IMG/VR virus record: IMGVR_UViG_3300024272_000044
Source: an uncultured virus (IMG/VR IMGVR_UViG_3300024272_000044)
Lineage: Duplodnaviria; Heunggongvirae; Uroviricota; Caudoviricetes
Length of the DNA: 64,000 nt
Strand: one strand, 5' to 3'
Shown here piece after piece: positions 9,860-20,486 of this stretch. Each line of letters starts with the position of its first letter. Within the stretch, counting starts at the first letter, position 1. The notes beneath the pieces are model-generated. The model was given only the letters and a program-made list of their open reading frames with translations. It did not search any database and was not told the origin of the DNA. The translations under genes were made by a program, and so were the position numbers.

Positions 9860-9892
9860 TAATAATTATCACCTCCTGCATTTGTATTTTAC

Positions 9893-10033
9893 GACCACCG
9901 TACAAAATGTACGGTGCTCAAACCATAATCACCATTTAGCACCGTACAAAATGTATGTAACTTTTCCGTTCATACATATAAGAATAACATTACATATAAG
10001 TATACTACTGAGCTATCGCTCAGGATGTTAACT
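9893..10033. repeat. Left copy of ~140-bp inverted repeat containing palindrome CACCGTACA-N3-TGTACGGTG
   Basis: Aligns by eye with reverse complement of 25049-25185. Confidence 0.9.
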
Positions 10034-10121
10034 TTCGTTTTATGTATTTTGTTTTTGTGCTAATATTTTTATAACCTTATTAGTTGTATTTTAAAACAAT
10101 TTGTTTTTATTTGTTGATGTC

Positions 10122-10150
10122 ATTATACACCATTTTCTGTAAATTGTCAA
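10122..10150 (-). promoter_or_regulatory. sigmaA-type promoter for the HTH/RNAP operon
   Basis: TTGACA-17-TATAAT on the minus strand. Confidence 0.85.
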
Positions 10151-10169
10151 GTAGTTTTTAGAGAAATTT

Positions 10170-10505
10170 TCAATATGGGGAGGGAGGTATATATAATAGC
10201 ACATATTATTGGTTTCCTGAATTATTGTGAAATAGGGGGGTATAGGGTATAGGTAGAGTTTTGTGGTAGTAGTAGATATTGTTGGTCTTGGATGGGGATT
10301 TGATGTGTTTGGTTGGGAGATATGGTTGTTGTTGGATTGTTGAGTTGTTGGAAGAGAGGGGCGGATATTTGCTTTGGGTATTTGGGGTGTTTTGTTTAGT
10401 TGGGATAGGGGGACGTGTTGGAAATGTGAAATGGGGGGGTGGAGAGTGGATTGTGTGTTGGGTTGTATCGGACGGTGGGTTGGGTGTATAGGATTAGGTG
10501 TACTA
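10170..10505 (+). other. G/T-rich strand-asymmetric non-coding tract
   Basis: Many G runs and very few C on the plus strand; switches to C-rich at about 10510. Confidence 0.8.
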
Positions 10506-10692
10506 CATTCTCCCCCACGCGGCTCGCCCCTCCGACTTTTAATTGTAAACCACCCCCACCCCACGCAAAAACTTGCAAGTTTCCAGAAAAATAAAGAATT
10601 TAAAAACTTTCTATTGACGTAGAGAAATTTTTATGATGTATTAGCCTCAGAAAACAACAAAACACTTTTTCAAATCAAGGAGGAACAAAACT

Positions 10693-11712
10693 ATGACAAC
10701 TATCAACACAATGAACACAGACGCAAACGCAACACGTAGACACGGACGCATCGAGGCAACTTGCTCTTGCTGTAGACACGACTTTCCAATTGAAATTATG
10801 ACACGTACAATTTCCCGCAAGCGCGGAGGACGTGCAAGCCTCATGTGCCCAACATGCGCGGCTAGAAACTTATGGTATCATACTGCAAATGAAAAAATCA
10901 TGGGTACTGCCAAAAAGAATGGCGTGCTCTGTGGTATCGAATTCGAAACCAGCTTTTCAGATGACAAGCTCAGAAATGCCATGTTTGAATATGGGTTTAT
11001 CCCAACACACGACAGCTCCCTCAGAAGCGATGGCTATGGTGCAAGATACGGCCGCGATAGAAACACTTGTGAATATGTGTCCGCGATTATGCAAGGCTTG
11101 AACAGACCAAGCAAGTTTGCACAGACATGCGAAGACCTCATGAATGAGGGTATTTTAAAAGTGAATAGCTCATGTGGTACACACTTCCATGTATCTATCA
11201 ATAGCATGAAAGATGCTAATGGCAAAAACACAGGCAAAGGTTCATACATGGACATGGTAAGACGTTTCTACAATAGCCTTTTCATTCCATTATGCGAGGA
11301 AATGAAAGCCGATAGAGAAACAACTGAAAGAGTTTTCGGTAGATACTTCAACGGATATGCCGACACAATCGACTGGAATAGCAAGCAGGAAGAACACGAT
11401 GATAGATACTACTTTGTAAATTGCCTTGCAAATAACAATATCGAATTCCGAATCAACAAATTCGTGAGTGCAAAGCAGTATCAGAACCTCATGAAAATGG
11501 AGGTAGAAATGGTGCAGTGTATCGTAAGAAACTTCTGTGAACACTTCAATGACACGGAAATTGATACAAGAAGATACTACAGAAAAAGCTCTGACGGAAG
11601 CCCAAAATTGGACGTAAATGGAAACCGAATTCCATCCAAAACAGAGTATCGCAAGCACAAAGCAGATGTGGCTGCGAAAAAGCTGGTAGGTATCTACAAA
11701 AAATACCAGTAA
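10693..11712 (+). CDS. Putative amidoligase (COOH-NH2 ligase) with N-terminal Zn finger
   Basis: GIEFE, DSSL, CGTHFHVS and IEFR motifs; AAGGAGG RBS. Confidence 0.8.
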   Translation: MTTINTMNTDANATRRHGRIEATCSCCRHDFPIEIMTRTISRKRGGRASLMCPTCAARNLWYHTANEKIMGTAKKNGVLCGIEFETSFSDDKLRNAMFEYGFIPTHDSSLRSDGYGARYGRDRNTCEYVSAIMQGLNRPSKFAQTCEDLMNEGILKVNSSCGTHFHVSINSMKDANGKNTGKGSYMDMVRRFYNSLFIPLCEEMKADRETTERVFGRYFNGYADTIDWNSKQEEHDDRYYFVNCLANNNIEFRINKFVSAKQYQNLMKMEVEMVQCIVRNFCEHFNDTEIDTRRYYRKSSDGSPKLDVNGNRIPSKTEYRKHKADVAAKKLVGIYKKYQ

Positions 11713-11802
11713 GGTTATAAGGAAAGGGCGAAAGCCCTTTCCCCAAAAACCACAAAGTAAAGTTTTTAAAAATTGCAAAAAATTGAAAGTGAGGATATTA
11801 AA

Positions 11803-12096
11803 ATGGCAAGAATTAGATTTCAGAGTATTGACGCATATTTCGAATTTATCGAGGAAATGAATTTTCCAGAAGAGGTAGCAAAAAGAAGAAGAGAAGAGAG
11901 GGAGAGAGAAGAGAAGAGTAGAATTCAGGACTTTTACGTAAAGTCCTGTGACAAGGAAGCGAGAACATACAAAAAACGCTATGAAAAGAAAGAGTTTAAC
12001 TACAGACACGATTCATGGGGAAGTGCAGAGGTTGCACAGTGTAGTATGACAAGCATTTACGAAGCATACGAAGAGTATAGAAGATACGAATGGTAA
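11803..12096 (+). CDS. Hypothetical early protein
   Basis: GAGGA RBS before ATG 11803. Confidence 0.75.
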   Translation: MARIRFQSIDAYFEFIEEMNFPEEVAKRRREEREREEKSRIQDFYVKSCDKEARTYKKRYEKKEFNYRHDSWGSAEVAQCSMTSIYEAYEEYRRYEW

Positions 12097-12176
12097 AGAA
12101 TGGGGCTAACAAATTAGCCCCAGCAAATAAGAAAAGTAAAGTTTTTAAAAATTGCAAAAAGTTGGAGGTCAAGATT

Positions 12177-12539
12177 ATGTTAAAATTAAAATACGATTTA
12201 TTATCAAGAGGTTTTGTAGCAAGCGAAAAGAATGATATGATTATGGAGTACGCATTCGGTAGCATCTCAAACTACACAAAATGCAGAATCTGTTTGAATA
12301 TCCCACATACAAGTGAAATGAGCAAAGAGTTGTTTTATTTGGTGCACTTAGAGAGCTTTGTAGAGACTGGTGACCCAGCGATTGACTATCATGATATCAC
12401 AGATAGATATATTGCAGAATCTGAAATCCCAGCATACCTTAAGAAGCATGGTATCTTATCAAAAGAAGAGAGAGAAGCAAGAAGACAAGAGTTTCAGAAG
12501 CGACTTGAAGAAGCGAAAAGAAGAAGAGCTATGAGATAG
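12177..12539 (+). CDS. Hypothetical early protein
   Basis: GGAGGT RBS; followed by intrinsic terminator at ~12520-12550. Confidence 0.75.
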   Translation: MLKLKYDLLSRGFVASEKNDMIMEYAFGSISNYTKCRICLNIPHTSEMSKELFYLVHLESFVETGDPAIDYHDITDRYIAESEIPAYLKKHGILSKEEREARRQEFQKRLEEAKRRRAMR

Positions 12540-12599
12540 CTCTTCTTTTTATTTGCTAACAAACCAAAAAAATCTAATTTTTAAAAACTTTACATTTAT

Positions 12600-13350
12600 A
12601 TACTTTACGTTTAACGGAAAGTTTTTAAACTAATCTTTGCGTTTAACGGAAAATTTTTAAAACGTCAGGATGCAATTATTTTTTCTATCGTATACGTATA
12701 TATACAACGTACTATATAACGTGCTACAACGTACTATATAACGTGCGATAAACGGAAGATTTGACGTTATATCGTAGGCTTGCATGGAAAATCTTTGGGC
12801 TTGCGTAAACACGCTTTAAACACGCTTTAAAAACGCTTTAAACACGCTTTAAATATATCATTATATATTTATATCTATATAATACATATCATAGCTTAAA
12901 ACGGAAAATAAACACATTATAAGCAATAATATAATAAGCAGAATAAACCAATGGAATCTAACGGAATAAATCAATGGAATCTAACGGAATAAATTAACTT
13001 AATCTTTGCACCTAACGGAAAATTTAAACAAACACTTTTGGCGAATAGGAAAATTAGTCGCCTGCTGCCACTTGCCAAAAAAATGCAATTTTTAAAAACT
13101 TTACATTTTTATTATTGACTGCTGCCAATATGGATAAAACCTGTCGTCAGTCTGGATAAAATTTATTCAAGCCAAAAAAATCGAATTTTTAAAAACTTTA
13201 AAATAATATTTATATTATACATAATTACAACTGGAAAATATGTAAAACAAAAAAATATATTTTTTAAAAACTTATTTGTCAATCACACGGAAGATATATG
13301 AATAAATGTTTTTAAACATTAGGAATAATTGTGATAAAGTTTTTAAACAT
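12600..13350. repeat. Non-coding region of short tandem repeats
   Basis: 2x TACAACGTACTATATAACGTGC (~12703), 4x AAACACGCTTT-like (~12807), 2x GAATAAAYCAATGGAATCTAACG (~12941), many ACGGAA. Confidence 0.85.
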
Positions 13351-13564
13351 TTGGAATAACTATTTTTCTATCGCTCGGAATATTCCAAAAAAATTCAATT
13401 TTTAAAAACTTTACATTTTAAACTTTCCAATTTCTAAACTTTCGGTGGCTCGGAAAATTTGAATAAATTTAAACAAATTTAAATAAAATACTTGACATAA
13501 TACTTTTTATCATGTATAATAAAGACAGTTAAAACAATACAACACACATACGGAGGATTTTATT

Positions 13565-13726
13565 ATGAAGAAATGGCACATTTATTTTAAAAAAGAAAAC
13601 GGAGAATCATTTGATGAATATATTGAAGCAATGTTCTTTGAAGATGCTGTAAACATTGCAGATGCAAGAGAAGATGCAGAAATAGACGTGGAAAAAACAG
13701 TAACTGCATTTTTCAAGGAAAATTAA
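13565..13726 (+). CDS. Small acidic hypothetical protein (53 aa; absent from ORF track)
   Basis: Own promoter, GGAGG RBS and terminator. Confidence 0.8.
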   Translation: MKKWHIYFKKENGESFDEYIEAMFFEDAVNIADAREDAEIDVEKTVTAFFKEN

Positions 13727-13982
13727 GAAGGTCACAAGACCTTCTTTTTTTATTTAATTTGTCACGCCAAAAAAATGGAATTTTTAAAAACTTTAAAATA
13801 CTGAAACGGTCACGCCAAAAAAATGGAATTTTTGAAAACTTTACTTTAATGTAAAAACCACCTGTGAAAATAAAATTGAAAAGATTTAATGAAACTACTT
13901 GACAACGTATGTATCATTTGATATACTATAAATAGCTCAAGAGGGCAATACAACAACATATTACTTAAGGAGGGTCAATATT

Positions 13983-14240
13983 ATGACTAGAATATCACTT
14001 CACATTTTACACAGTAAACCTAATACACAGTACTCAAATAAAGATGAGTATATCTCAACAGTATACTTTAGCGATGAGAAGAGACCATTTTACGAAACAA
14101 TGGCACTTTACTCAGACGGAACTGAAATTGAATACATGAGAGCAACAACATTGTATGATGCTCGTATGAATCATTACAGTATGATTCGCAAAAGACAAGA
14201 AGCTAACAGCTTTAGTGGTCTATTAGAATCCGTATTTTAA
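13983..14240 (+). CDS. Hypothetical early protein
   Basis: Promoter, AAGGAGG RBS, terminator. Confidence 0.8.
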   Translation: MTRISLHILHSKPNTQYSNKDEYISTVYFSDEKRPFYETMALYSDGTEIEYMRATTLYDARMNHYSMIRKRQEANSFSGLLESVF

Positions 14241-14676
14241 AACATATGGAACACGTTGGAAACAACGTGTTCTTTTTTTATTGCTATTTTTTATATTTCT
14301 TTTCATGCCAAAAAAATCGAATTTTTAAAAACTTTACATTTTTAAAATCTAAAAAAATCAAATCCAAAAAAGTTGAATATTTAAAAACTTTAAATGTGTA
14401 AAAACGGTCAATCCAAAAAAAATCAAATATTTAAAAACTTTAACATGTATACGCGTTTTTCCAAAATTTCTCATTTTTTAAAAACTAATAGTGTCCTGCT
14501 GCCTGCTGCCAAAAAAATTAAATATTTAAAAACTTTACTATTTAATCGCTGTACACTCCAGTTAATTCCAGTCAGAAAAAATAAAAAATATTTAAAAAAC
14601 TACTTGACATTATATTAAACATGTGGTAACATAATATTAACAACAAACGAAGCATATATTTAAAGGAGAAAACATT

Positions 14677-14862
14677 ATGAAAACATTATTAAGCAAAGAA
14701 GATAAAAGAAAGATTAAACTTATTAAAAAATATGCAAAGATTCGTTTCAGAAGATTTTGGAATGAATGGGGTATTTCAAAAGAAGAAGCACTCGACTTCG
14801 TTGGAGCACTTTCAATCTTTGTAATGTTATTTGCATTATACATTATAGGATGCATGTTTTAA
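14677..14862 (+). CDS. Small membrane protein
   Basis: Promoter, RBS, terminator; C-terminal hydrophobic helix. Confidence 0.75.
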   Translation: MKTLLSKEDKRKIKLIKKYAKIRFRRFWNEWGISKEEALDFVGALSIFVMLFALYIIGCMF

Positions 14863-15153
14863 GGAGCTGAAAAGCTCCTTTTTTATTTCTCTTAAAATCT
14901 TTCTTTTATTTTTTTATATGCCAAAAAAATCGAATTTTTAAAAACTTTAACTTTATGCCACATCCTGTTTTCATAATCCAAAAAAATTAAATATTTAAAA
15001 ACTTTACGTTTATGCGTCTGGCGTGTCAAAAAAATGAATTTTTAAAAACTTTAACAGCAGAAAAAAATAACAAATTTATCCAAAACTACTTGACAATATA
15101 TCTTTTATGTGATAATATATAATCAACAAGAAACAACGCACGGAGGTACAAAC

Positions 15154-15534
15154 ATGAACGTATTAGTTAAAATGAAGGGAATTGAAAAAGATTATTTATT
15201 CTTAACATTAGAGGAAAATGGTAAAAAAGAATATTATTTAAATAATTGCGAGGTAGACAAAGATAGTGGAAACAAAACGTATTTAGAAACTATCAAAAAA
15301 ACAGACAGAGTCAGAGAAGTAGTTAAAATTACAGAAGACAACAAAAAGGATGTAATGGAATACTTCTTAAGGGGTTATGATAAATATGTACAGTATATTG
15401 ACGATTATAGCCAGTACAGACAACAGCAAAGACATAATGATATGGTTTATACATATATTAAACTCATTGATAAATGTGTAAAGACAAAAAACGAAGATGA
15501 AATCAAAGAGCTTTATGATAAATATGTGTGGTAG
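15154..15534 (+). CDS. Hypothetical early protein
   Basis: GGAGGT RBS before ATG 15154; own promoter and terminator. Confidence 0.8.
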   Translation: MNVLVKMKGIEKDYLFLTLEENGKKEYYLNNCEVDKDSGNKTYLETIKKTDRVREVVKITEDNKKDVMEYFLRGYDKYVQYIDDYSQYRQQQRHNDMVYTYIKLIDKCVKTKNEDEIKELYDKYVW

Positions 15535-15841
15535 TCGCCACACATATTTTTTTGCCTGTCTAATCCAAAAAAATCCAATTTTTAAAAACTTTAAACCGTT
15601 GTTTTATCTGGCATCCTGCTGCCAACTTTTTTAAATATTTAAAAACTTTATTTAACTAAAACGGTTGAGTCAAAAAAATCGATTTTTAAAAACTTTAAAA
15701 TAATAACAACGACAACAACCGTGTGTCACCAGCTAAAAAATAATTTAAACAAATTTCATTTTACTACTTGACAAATAGTTATATATGCATTATAATAAAG
15801 ACAGATAAAACAAATAACACATTTCAAAAGGAGAGAACATC

Positions 15842-16099
15842 ATGAGAACTTACGAACTTAAACCAAACAACAGACAGAAATCATTCTACGGAAAAGCAAC
15901 AGTAATTGAAAAAGACAATGGCGACATTGAATTAAAGAGTTACAACACAATCGTTGCTAGAGTGCATGAGGGACGATTTGAACGACTTTGGGATGATTAC
16001 AGTGCAACTACAATGAAACACATTAACGCTTTTATTGATATGTTAGGAATTAACGGAGGAGGTAAGGCTTGGTGGTGTAGCTTAGAAGTAGCACACTAA
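15842..16099 (+). CDS. Hypothetical early protein
   Basis: Promoter, RBS, terminator. Confidence 0.8.
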   Translation: MRTYELKPNNRQKSFYGKATVIEKDNGDIELKSYNTIVARVHEGRFERLWDDYSATTMKHINAFIDMLGINGGGKAWWCSLEVAH

Positions 16100-16494
16100 C
16101 AAACAAGGTTATATAGGAAGAGTTGAGAAATCAACTCTTCTTTTTTTGTTTAGTTTAAAACCAGATTTGCATAATCCAAAAAAATCCAATTTTTAAAAAC
16201 TTTAACTTATTATTTTATCTGGTATCCTGCTGCCAAAAATTTTCAATTTTTAAAAACTTTAGAGTGCCATTCCTGTCTGGCAACCTGCTGCCAAAAAAAT
16301 TGATTTTTTAAAAACTTTAAATGTATACGCGTTTTTCCAAAATTTCTCAATATTTAAAAACTATAACACCAGAGTCACAGGTGGACGACTGGAGAAATAT
16401 TTTAAACAAATTTAATAAAACTACTTGACAATATAAATAATTAGCGTTATAATGTATATATAATAACAAAGCAAAAAGAAAAGGAGAGCTTAAC

Positions 16495-16869
16495 ATGAGA
16501 GCAATAGTATTAGAAAACGGAATCTTAAAAGAAAAAGAAATTGAAAACAGTTTAGAAACTATGCAAGAAATAGTTGGTGGATGGATTGAAAGAGCATATA
16601 TGTGCGAAAGATTCATACAAGAAAGAATTGACCCAATTATAAATGAAGAGGGTAAGTTAATTGGACTTGAACCTCAAGTTGCAGTACTAGACAGAGATGG
16701 AAACAGAGTATTAGATTTAATCATGGGTAATTGCGTATTTGTAAGTCATGATGATGAGGGAAACACAATTGGATTGACCGACAGACAAATAAACATAGTC
16801 CGTGAGGAACTCGGAAGGGAAGTATTTATACCAAACATGATGTTATTAGTAAAGGCGGTGCTAGTATAA
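16495..16869 (+). CDS. DUF3846-like protein
   Basis: LETMQEIVGGWIE...NEEGKL...IMGNCVF pattern. Confidence 0.7.
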   Translation: MRAIVLENGILKEKEIENSLETMQEIVGGWIERAYMCERFIQERIDPIINEEGKLIGLEPQVAVLDRDGNRVLDLIMGNCVFVSHDDEGNTIGLTDRQINIVREELGREVFIPNMMLLVKAVLV

Positions 16870-17164
16870 AACAAGAGCGGTGGAGAAATCTACCGCTCTT
16901 TTTCATTGTCCGACATCCTGCTGCCATAATCCAAAAAAATGTAATTTTTAAAAACTTTAGAATCCTGCTGCCAGCTGGACAGTTTTTATCAATTTTTAAA
17001 AACTTGTCCAGCCTGCTGCCACCTCGCCAAAAAAATGCAATTTTTAAAAACTTTACATTTTTTTAGCTCAGGAAAAGTTTGTTAAAAAATATAAAATACT
17101 ACTTGACAAATAGAAGAATATGCGTTATAATTAACTTAAATAAAACAAGTAAGGAGCGATTACT

Positions 17165-17428
17165 ATGAAAGACAAAGAAAGATTTATGATATACGTTAAA
17201 ATAGCTGAAAGAGCAGAGGAGCTTGGAATCTATCACGGAGAACGGTTAACACTTATAATGGATATTGAAAGTGCAGATAAGTATTTTAACATGCGATTAG
17301 AAGATTGGTTGAACGCAGATAACTTTAACTTTGCACACGACCTTGTAGGAATTGTTAACCACGTTGACAGAAGCAGTTATCCAGCTGTGGAGTTTAATAG
17401 ATTTTTACCACGATTTGCTGGAAAGTAA
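17165..17428 (+). CDS. Hypothetical protein (DUF6874-like)
   Basis: MDIE...L.AD.FNFAHD..GI..H.DR...FLPRF pattern. Confidence 0.6.
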   Translation: MKDKERFMIYVKIAERAEELGIYHGERLTLIMDIESADKYFNMRLEDWLNADNFNFAHDLVGIVNHVDRSSYPAVEFNRFLPRFAGK

Positions 17429-17482
17429 AAATAATTAAAAAATATACTTGACAAATTAACTAATTTATAGTATAATTATATT

Positions 17483-17601
17483 AGATAAAAAACAACGGAA
17501 TACGTTCTCTTTTCTTTTAGTAGTGTTGTTGTTGTTGTTGATGTGTTGAAAATATATATCCGTTGTTTTTTGAGGGCTGAAAAATCAGCCCTCTTTTTTT
17601 T
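17483..17601 (+). ncRNA. Promoter-driven small RNA with anti-SD and (GUU)n loop
   Basis: TTGACA(17448)-17-TATAAT(17471); no ORF; 13-bp stem 17487-17499/17559-17571; terminator 17572-17601. Confidence 0.75.
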
Positions 17602-17999
17602 ATGTTTAGTCATAATCTTTTCAAATCCAAAAAAATCGAATTTTTAAAAACTTTACTATTTTATCAAACCCAGAATCCTGCTGCCAATTTTTTTCAATTT
17701 TTAAAAACTTTATCCTGCTGCCGTCTGGTGACAAAAAAATCGAATTTTTAAAAACTTTACCTTTTTAATTTTTCTGGCAACCTGCTGCCAATTTTTTTCA
17801 ATTTTTAAAAACTTTAAAGTTATATATAATTGTCATCCTGCTGCCAGAAAAATTAAATATTTAAAAACTTTATTAAGCTATGATAAAAAATTATTTTAAA
17901 TTATTTTAAATTAGTAGTTGACAAGTAGTTGCTTATGTGGTATACTAAAGACAGTTGGAAAACAAATAATAAAACTTAATAAAGAAAAGGAGATTCATT

Positions 18000-18257
18000 A
18001 TGAACAACAACGCAGTTATTATTAACAACATTAGTGAAGCAAAAGAAGGAATGGAAATTATGTTCTTTGTAGGTTTCCATGATTCATTAGACGGTTTTGG
18101 AATTGCTAGAATCAAGAGTATATCAGATAATGATATAACAATTTCCGTTCGTGGAGATTTCGATGAGTGGAGTGATGATTGGGTAAAAAGCCATGAGGAG
18201 TTCAATGGAGATTTAGATTATTTAAAATTTGCATTAAACAATTTAAAAACTGCATAA
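18000..18257 (+). CDS. Hypothetical early protein
   Basis: Promoter, RBS, terminator. Confidence 0.8.
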   Translation: MNNNAVIINNISEAKEGMEIMFFVGFHDSLDGFGIARIKSISDNDITISVRGDFDEWSDDWVKSHEEFNGDLDYLKFALNNLKTA

Positions 18258-18557
18258 TAAAATGATGGGCGATGACGTAAGTTATCGCCCTTATTTTATT
18301 CTCTTAAAAGTTGTCTTTTATTTTTTAAAATCCAAAAAAATTCAATTTTTAAAAACTTTAAAAGCCTGCTGCCTGCTGCCAATTTTTTTAAATATTTAAA
18401 AACTATATTTTAACAACTACAACAACCGTGTGTCGTCACCGTCACCAGTCAAAAAATAATTTAAAGTATTTTAAATAAACTACTTGACAAATAGCAAGCT
18501 ATGGTGTATCATTATATTAACAAATAAAACAACTCAATAAGTAAAGGAGAACTTAAT

Positions 18558-18803
18558 ATGTACGCAGTAGGATTTATTAACTTAGGAAGTTTAGGAATGC
18601 AGAATCCAATGGGAAACAATGGTTTACAAAAACTCAGAAATAAGACCATGAGAGGCTGGAAGAGTGAGTTAAGCACAATGAGTAAATGTGTAGATGAAAT
18701 CTTAATAGTAAATGATTTTACACAAGAAATGTGTGAAATGAATCAAGCAAAATTATATGACTATTGTTGTAAACACAAAATAGTAAGAATGCCAAAGAGC
18801 TAG
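18558..18803 (+). CDS. Hypothetical early protein
   Basis: Promoter, RBS, terminator. Confidence 0.8.
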   Translation: MYAVGFINLGSLGMQNPMGNNGLQKLRNKTMRGWKSELSTMSKCVDEILIVNDFTQEMCEMNQAKLYDYCCKHKIVRMPKS

Positions 18804-19134
18804 AGAAATCTAGCTCATTTTTTTATTCTCTTAAAATGTTTATTTTATTTTTTCAATCCAAAAAAATTAAATTTTTAAAAACTTTAATTGACTGCTGCCA
18901 CTTGCCAGCGATAAACAGCTGGCAAGCCAAAAAAGTTGAATTTTTAAAAACTTTAATCGCCTGCTGCCTGCTGCCAAAAATTTTCAATTTTTAAAAACTT
19001 TAAACCGTTGTTCTACTCAGGCTGGCGACAGGTACGGCAAAAAAGTTTAAATAATTTTATAAAACTACTTGACAAGTTATTAAATGTGGTGTATACTTAG
19101 TATATAAACAACAGAATATATGGAGGGCTTAGTT

Positions 19135-19443
19135 ATGATGAACTACAACACAATGACTAACGATGAAATCAGAAGCGAGATGAGAAGACTTGGCGACATG
19201 TTAGAACTAATGAATCCTTGCGATAATGATTGGGATGCTACATATAAGAAGTACTTCTTTTTAAGCTCAATCATGGATGAGAGATACCGAGAAGAGAATC
19301 AAGAACAGTTTGATGCGTTCTATGAAAAGAACATTAAGGGCAAGAGCTGGAATGAGATTGATGATGAAACTTGGGGATTCTACTCAGACTGGCACAAGGA
19401 CATGTTCGGTTATAGACCACGTTCAAAAGAGAGAGACTGGTAA
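19135..19443 (+). CDS. Hypothetical early protein
   Basis: GGAGG RBS; C-terminal YSDWHKDMFGYRPR; promoter and terminator. Confidence 0.8.
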   Translation: MMNYNTMTNDEIRSEMRRLGDMLELMNPCDNDWDATYKKYFFLSSIMDERYREENQEQFDAFYEKNIKGKSWNEIDDETWGFYSDWHKDMFGYRPRSKERDW

Positions 19444-19690
19444 ACAGTCTCTTTTTTTTGTGCTTTTATATTTTATTTTTATCTAGCCAAAAAAATTGAA
19501 TTTTTAAAAACTTTACAATTTTATTTAATACAGCTAAATCCAAAAAAGTTGAATTTTTAAAAACTTTGGTTTTAATTTTTATAAAAAATATTTAAAAAAA
19601 TAAATCAAACTACTTGACAAATAGCAACTAACATGATACAATATATTTAACAAGTGAACAGAGTATATTTTTAAATAGGAGATTTGAGCT

Positions 19691-19828
19691 ATGACATGGA
19701 GTGAATATTTTGATTTAGAAGTATCTAGAGGGGCAAAACCAGAGTTGGCACAGAACTCTATTGGTCGTATGATGGACTTATACGAATCATGGGACTGGGA
19801 TGCAGAAGTCCCTTTTGAGGTTAAATAA
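19691..19828 (+). CDS. Small hypothetical protein (45 aa; absent from ORF track)
   Basis: Promoter, AGGAG RBS, terminator. Confidence 0.7.
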   Translation: MTWSEYFDLEVSRGAKPELAQNSIGRMMDLYESWDWDAEVPFEVK

Positions 19829-20168
19829 AATTAGGAGGAGCAGTCCTCCTTTTTTTATTGGATTTTTTATCCAAAAAAATTAAATTTTTAAAAACTTTAA
19901 ACCGTTATTCCAGCATAGCCAAAAAAATGCAATTTTTAAAAACTTTACTTTGTTAATGCCAGACTGCTGCCTGCTGCCAATTTTTTTAAATATTTAAAAA
20001 CTTTACTAATTAAAAAATCTAATTTTTAAAAACTTTATATATACTTATAGAAAAAATCAATCAATTTAATTTAAAAAAATATAAAATTCTACTTGACAAA
20101 TAGCTTGTTATCCTTTACAATAGTATTAACCTAATAAAACAACTTAATAAAGAAAAGAGGTAAAAACT

Positions 20169-20486
20169 ATGAAAAAAATTACTTGGAATGAAATGATTGA
20201 AGCAATGTGGAAATTCAACGAAGAACACGGCTACAAAACAAAAGGCAATGAAAAGCGATTAACTGGAGTTGTAGTATTTACAGAGAATAGTTTTACAGCA
20301 CCATATACAGAGCTAGAACGCAGTTATGAATTTACCAGTGACCAAAAAGCATTCTTACCAAACCAGTCAAGCAATTCTATTTTTGCAGATTGTTTAGATG
20401 GAACAGATTTAGGGGTGAGACTTGATTGGTATATGCATGGAGTAGACGGTTGGAAAGTTGATTATTGTTATCTATTGAATGAATAA
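20169..20486 (+). CDS. Hypothetical early protein
   Basis: Promoter, GAGGT RBS, terminator. Confidence 0.8.
   Translation: MKKITWNEMIEAMWKFNEEHGYKTKGNEKRLTGVVVFTENSFTAPYTELERSYEFTSDQKAFLPNQSSNSIFADCLDGTDLGVRLDWYMHGVDGWKVDYCYLLNE

Noticed and set aside
10091..10622. ORFs across the G-rich tract
   Set aside because: Low-complexity products of compositional bias, no RBS
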